Assembly: GCA_963663165.1 (NCBI GenBank)
Contig: OY760175.1
Coordinates: 3,424,001 to 3,488,000 of the forward strand
DNA length: 64,000 nucleotides
Source of the DNA: an uncultured Desulfospira sp.
GTDB taxonomy: Bacteria > Desulfobacterota > Desulfobacteria > Desulfobacterales > Desulfobacteraceae
Direction of reading: 5' to 3'
Notes under the pieces: generated by a model
Told to the model about the DNA's origin: nothing
Seen by the model: only the letters and a program-made list of their open reading frames with translations
The model's database searches: none
Program-made: the position numbers and the translations under genes
Part shown: positions 60,027 to 64,000 of the stretch, piece after piece
Position numbering within the stretch: the stretch's first letter is position 1
Layout of the letters: every line of letters starts with the position of its first letter

Positions 60027-61892
60027 TTACTCTGTCGGGCGGGTGTTTCTTTCCCGGAAAACTTCAGCCGGCAAAGTTTTTTTGATTTTTCGCTTCAGGG
60101 CCAGCCGGTGAAAATAAGTCAACGGCGCCCTTGCTGCCCGCAAGCGCCCGGAGGCGGCCTTATCCGGGAAAAAGAGAAGGTCCAGGATATGAAAGGTGGG
60201 GGTGGCGCGGTTTAAAAACCCGGCGCAGCCGGCGCAATAGGTAACAATGGGCCTTTGCCTGGCCGCTTTTTTTCGTTTTTGGGTCCATTCTCTGGCAAGC
60301 GTAGGATCAATAAACCCCACAGACCCGCCCTCCCCGCAGCAAAGGGTTTTCTTTTTTTCATAGGCCATTTTCCCGGCAGACAGGCTCATTCCGGCCAAAA
60401 GGGACCGGACCGATTCCTGAACCAGGGCGTCATCCCGCATGGGGCAGGGATCATGAACCACCAATGGGTCTGCCAGGAATGTGTTCCCAAAAGGGCCGGT
60501 ATGGTTAGAAAACCGGCTGGGCAGTCCGGTACGGGATAGGACCTCGTAAACGGATTCCACTTTCATTTGTGCGGCATAGGTTAGAAAAATTTTATAGCAG
60601 TTGGGGCAGGCAAGCCAGACCCGTTTAATCTTCCGGGCCTGCAAAAACGCCAGCATTTCCCCGAACATGCTGTGAAAATAGCTTTCGCGCCCCAGATCAT
60701 GGCTGGGCTTGGTGCAGCAGTCCAGAACAATCCCCAGATCCGGATCCAGCGCCCTTAAGGTTTCAAACAGGGCCCATGTGGTTTCGGGCCGGGTCCCGGG
60801 AAGGGTGCAGCCAGGGAAGAAAATGGTATCACAGCCTTGAGGGAGGGCATAACATGAAAACAAAGCCGAGGTCCCTTTTTTTTCATATCCCATGATGGTG
60901 GAATACCGTGATAAATCCGCCTGATTTTTGGATACGGCATCCCGTCTTAAGGCCAGAAACGCTTCTCCCGGGTCCAGTTTTTCAGGGCAGACCGCCCGGC
61001 ACAGGCCGCAAAGGCTGCATTCAAAGGCAAGGGCGCGCTGTCTTGCAGGGTCCAACGTCAGAAAAATATCTTTGGGCGTGCCGTACCGGGTTAAAAAGGC
61101 ACACTGGACCTGACAGGCACCGCAGCCGGTACATTTTTCAAGGATATCGGTAAAAACAGGGGCCATCTGGTCCGGCCGGTTTGATGCCTCCCCTGACTGG
61201 GTTTCAGGATGGGTGGAAAAAGCTTTTTTCTTTCTTACAACGGAAACCAGGCGCTTGGCTGCAAGGGGAAGACTTCCCAAAAGGGCAAGGGAGATCATCA
61301 GTTTTCCTGAAAGGATACCGGAAAGGGTATTAATTTTCGAAATCTGGCTGCCGGCATTGACAATGACGGCCGTGGCCGGCAGCATGCCCAGCTGGGAAAC
61401 CCAGTAAAACGTGGTCAGCCGGATGGCGGTAACCCCCATGACCATATTTACGACAAAAAAAGGAATCAGCGGAATCAGGCGAAGGGCAAACAGATAAAAC
61501 GCCCCTTCCCGGGCAATGCCCTGATTGACCCGCTCAAGCTTGTCCTTAAATTTTTTCTTAACCCAGCCGGCCAGAAGGTAACGGGAAATCATGCAGGCCA
61601 GTAATGCCCCGATGGAACTTGCAAAAGAGACCACCACCGTACCGGTAAAGGTACCGAAAACGGCGCCGCCGGCAAGGCCAAGGACCAATGCCCAGGGCAG
61701 GTTAAGGGCCACGGAAGGAATATAAATGCCGACAAAGACAGCAATGGACAGGGCCGGGTTCTGAGCGTAAAACGCCTGAAGCCTGCCCTGGGACTGTTTG
61801 ATTTCTTCCAGACTAAGGTATTCGGTCAGCCCAAACCTGAAACAGGCCGCAACAAGGCCTGCCATCAGAATAATGAAAATCACCTTTTTCAA
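60027..61892 (-). CDS. Fusion of a DedA/VTT (TVP38-like) membrane domain, a 2x[4Fe-4S] domain and two CCG domains
   Basis: LRLIPLIPF..VN, SQLGMLP; CTGCGAC...C and CSLCGLC..VCP; FPGC, CC.KP, CPNC, HDPC, CCGEGG and CAGC motifs. Confidence 0.85.
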   Translation of the reverse strand: MKKVIFIILMAGLVAACFRFGLTEYLSLEEIKQSQGRLQAFYAQNPALSIAVFVGIYIPSVALNLPWALVLGLAGGAVFGTFTGTVVVSFASSIGALLACMISRYLLAGWVKKKFKDKLERVNQGIAREGAFYLFALRLIPLIPFFVVNMVMGVTAIRLTTFYWVSQLGMLPATAVIVNAGSQISKINTLSGILSGKLMISLALLGSLPLAAKRLVSVVRKKKAFSTHPETQSGEASNRPDQMAPVFTDILEKCTGCGACQVQCAFLTRYGTPKDIFLTLDPARQRALAFECSLCGLCRAVCPEKLDPGEAFLALRRDAVSKNQADLSRYSTIMGYEKKGTSALFSCYALPQGCDTIFFPGCTLPGTRPETTWALFETLRALDPDLGIVLDCCTKPSHDLGRESYFHSMFGEMLAFLQARKIKRVWLACPNCYKIFLTYAAQMKVESVYEVLSRTGLPSRFSNHTGPFGNTFLADPLVVHDPCPMRDDALVQESVRSLLAGMSLSAGKMAYEKKKTLCCGEGGSVGFIDPTLAREWTQKRKKAARQRPIVTYCAGCAGFLNRATPTFHILDLLFFPDKAASGRLRAARAPLTYFHRLALKRKIKKTLPAEVFRERNTRPTE

Positions 61893-61911
61893 ACGGGATC
61901 AATCCTGGAAA

Positions 61912-61983
61912 GGGGATTAGACTGAAGGGGGATAGGCTGAAGGATAAAAACCTTCAGCCTTCAGTCTATCTACCTTCAGCCTG
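61912..61983. repeat. Repeat family C copy 2 (TAGRCTGAAGG / CCTTCAGYCTA units)
   Basis: TAGACTGAAGG..TAGGCTGAAGG..CCTTCAGCCTTCAGTCTA..CCTTCAGCCT. Confidence 0.7.
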
Positions 61984-61984
61984 T

Positions 61985-62398
61985 TTAGTCTGTTTTTACC
62001 ATCTCTTTGTGGGGCCACCCCAGTTGACCGTTTTCCAGAATCAGAAGGCGGTCTTCGGCAACGCCCTTTTCTTTGAGGTAATCATAGCACCGTGTGGCAC
62101 CGCCTTTTCCCCTGGGGCAGACAACAACCACCGGGGCCTGGTTCTTTTTGCATTCAGCAACGGCATTGTCAAGTTTGGCCTTGTCGCTGTCTGATTTTAC
62201 CGGATAGGAATAGGTGGCAATGGCTCCGGGCAGATGGTGAGCCTTGAATTCCTTGGGTTCCTGAATATCCACAATATTCACGGGAGACCCGGTTTCAATC
62301 CAGGATTTGACTTTGTCCGCAGACACATAATTGTATCCGTCTGCATAGACCGGCACAGCCAGCATTACCATTACCAGAATCAGAAACAATTTCTTCAT
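61985..62398 (-). CDS. Exported single-domain rhodanese (sulfurtransferase)
   Basis: Signal peptide (VYA cleavage); IVDI....F...HLPGA, active-site loop CPRGKG, and L..G..GW motifs. Confidence 0.85.
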   Translation of the reverse strand: MKKLFLILVMVMLAVPVYADGYNYVSADKVKSWIETGSPVNIVDIQEPKEFKAHHLPGAIATYSYPVKSDSDKAKLDNAVAECKKNQAPVVVVCPRGKGGATRCYDYLKEKGVAEDRLLILENGQLGWPHKEMVKTD

Positions 62399-62553
62399 TT
62401 GCTTTTCCTTTTGACATGTTAAAATGTTAAAGAACTAAATTAAATTACCTATCGAATCAGATATAGAAGAGCAAATTCATTATTCTGACACCAGCCGTAA
62501 TTATTATTGAAATTTCTGATACCCCCGCTCCTTCAACCAGATCGCCGAAAATA

Positions 62554-64000
62554 TCAATTTTTACTGGAAACCAGCAGTGTTTCAAAGTCATGGGCCGGCA
62601 TGGGGCGGTAAAAATAATACCCCTGTCCCTGGTCACAGCCGGCCCCTTTAAGAAAAAGGTATTGGTCTTGGCTTTCAATGCCTTCGGCAACAATGGTTTT
62701 GCCAAGGCTTCGCCCCATGGCAATAATGGCCTTGACAATCACCAGGTTTCCCTGATCTTCCATGGAGTTCATGACAAAGGAACGGTCAATTTTCAAGGTG
62801 TCCACCGGAAAAGAGGTTAAATAACTCAAAGACGAGTACCCGGTGCCGAAATCATCCATGGCGATCCTGAAATTAAGCGATTTTATCCGGTTCAGGGTGG
62901 TGATGGTTTCCTTTGTTTCCCGCAGCAGGATATTTTCCGTAATTTCAATTTCAATGGTGCTGGCATCCACCGTTGTGGCCGCCACCGTATCTTCCAGGGT
63001 CTGGACGATGTTCTGCCGGTTGAGCTTATACCCGGACAGATTGATACAAATCACCGGCGGATCGGCTGACCGGGCCTTGCAGAGGATTTCCCATTCTTTG
63101 GCCTGCCGGCACGCCTCTTTAAGGACCCACCGGTTGATGTCCACAATGATACCGGATTCTTCGGCCACGGGGATAAACTTGTCCGGCGGGATCATCCCCC
63201 GCCGGGGGTGTCGCCACCGGATCAGGGCCTCGGCACCGGCAATGGACTGGTCCGACAGCCTGATCTTGGGCTGATAGTAAAGGATGAGTTCCTGGTTATC
63301 AATGGCCTTTTTCAGATCCTGGTCAATTGAAAACCGCTCAATGGCAGCCTGGTTCATGGATTTTGTAAAAAACTGGTAGGCGTTCCGGCCAAGGGTTTTG
63401 GCATGGTAAAGGGCGGTGTCGGCATTTTTGAGCAACACCTCGGCTTTATCACCGTCTTCGGGAAAAACACTGATGCCGATACTGGTGGTGACCGACACTT
63501 CATGTCCCTCCAGGGAATAGGTGGCCGGTATGCTTCGTAACAGCCTCTGGGCCACCATTGCGGCCGCCTCAGGCTCTTTGATCCCTGTGATCAGGATACT
63601 GAATTCATCTCCGCCGAACCGGGCCACCATCACATCGGTTTCGGGCAAAGAAAGCATCCGTGCGGCCGGGTCACTTTTCCGGATGCATTTCTTTATATTT
63701 TTAGCCACTTTCTGGAGAAGCAAATCCCCGATATGGTGCCCCAGGGTATCGTTAATCCGTTTGAAATGGTCCAGGTCCATGAAAATCAGGGCCAGATATT
63801 CCCGTTGCAGTCCGGCCTTGTTAATGGCCTTTTCCATACGCTCCATAAACAGGCTCCGGTTGGCAAGCCCGGTCAGGCTGTCATAAAACGCCAGATAATG
63901 GATTTCAGCCTGGGCTTTTTTCAGATCGGATACATCCTGGACAATCCCCAAAAGCAGGGCCGCATGATTCTGCTGGTCCGTGATAATTTCTGATTTATTC
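62554..64000 (-). CDS. PAS/PAC-GGDEF-EAL c-di-GMP signalling protein; the 5' end lies beyond the window
   Basis: YDSLTGLANR, DLDHFK.IND.LGH..GD, ARFGGDEF, EAL, DDFGTGYSS and EGIE motifs; frame is open to 64000. Confidence 0.93.
   Translation of the reverse strand, partial: NKSEIITDQQNHAALLLGIVQDVSDLKKAQAEIHYLAFYDSLTGLANRSLFMERMEKAINKAGLQREYLALIFMDLDHFKRINDTLGHHIGDLLLQKVAKNIKKCIRKSDPAARMLSLPETDVMVARFGGDEFSILITGIKEPEAAAMVAQRLLRSIPATYSLEGHEVSVTTSIGISVFPEDGDKAEVLLKNADTALYHAKTLGRNAYQFFTKSMNQAAIERFSIDQDLKKAIDNQELILYYQPKIRLSDQSIAGAEALIRWRHPRRGMIPPDKFIPVAEESGIIVDINRWVLKEACRQAKEWEILCKARSADPPVICINLSGYKLNRQNIVQTLEDTVAATTVDASTIEIEITENILLRETKETITTLNRIKSLNFRIAMDDFGTGYSSLSYLTSFPVDTLKIDRSFVMNSMEDQGNLVIVKAIIAMGRSLGKTIVAEGIESQDQYLFLKGAGCDQGQGYYFYRPMPAHDFETLLVSSKN

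Overview
This is a 64-kb chromosomal segment of a dissimilatory sulfate reducer. A Desulfobacterota/Desulfobacteraceae-like host is inferred from aprBA-qmoABC and the gene content. Most of it is housekeeping: rimP-nusA-infB-rbfA-truB-rpsO-pnp, infC-rpmI-rplT-pheST, csoR-copZ-copA, aprBA-qmoABC, leuB, a short rho, tig-clpPX-lon, SRP RNA, grpE-dnaK, radA-rlmE-yebC and four tRNAs. There is no CRISPR array, integrase or transposase gene. The least explained signal is non-coding: several families of small structured repeats. Family B (85-91 bp, 5 copies) has two hairpins, no terminal inverted repeats and TAA flanks. A tandem pair of it interrupts an AraC gene, and removing the pair restores the local reading frame. 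Family A (4 copies) is a TA-flanked nested hairpin with compensatory base changes and internal-loop motifs resembling enterobacterial ERIC; three copies start at a gene's stop codon. Element D is a 157-bp MITE with a TAA duplication inside a decayed cobO. On the protein side, a membrane-anchored (Pro-Glu)x~52 rod ending in an Ada-type metal-binding domain lies next to an orphan DNA methyltransferase. All calls come from reading the sequence by eye; no database searches or folding programs were run.
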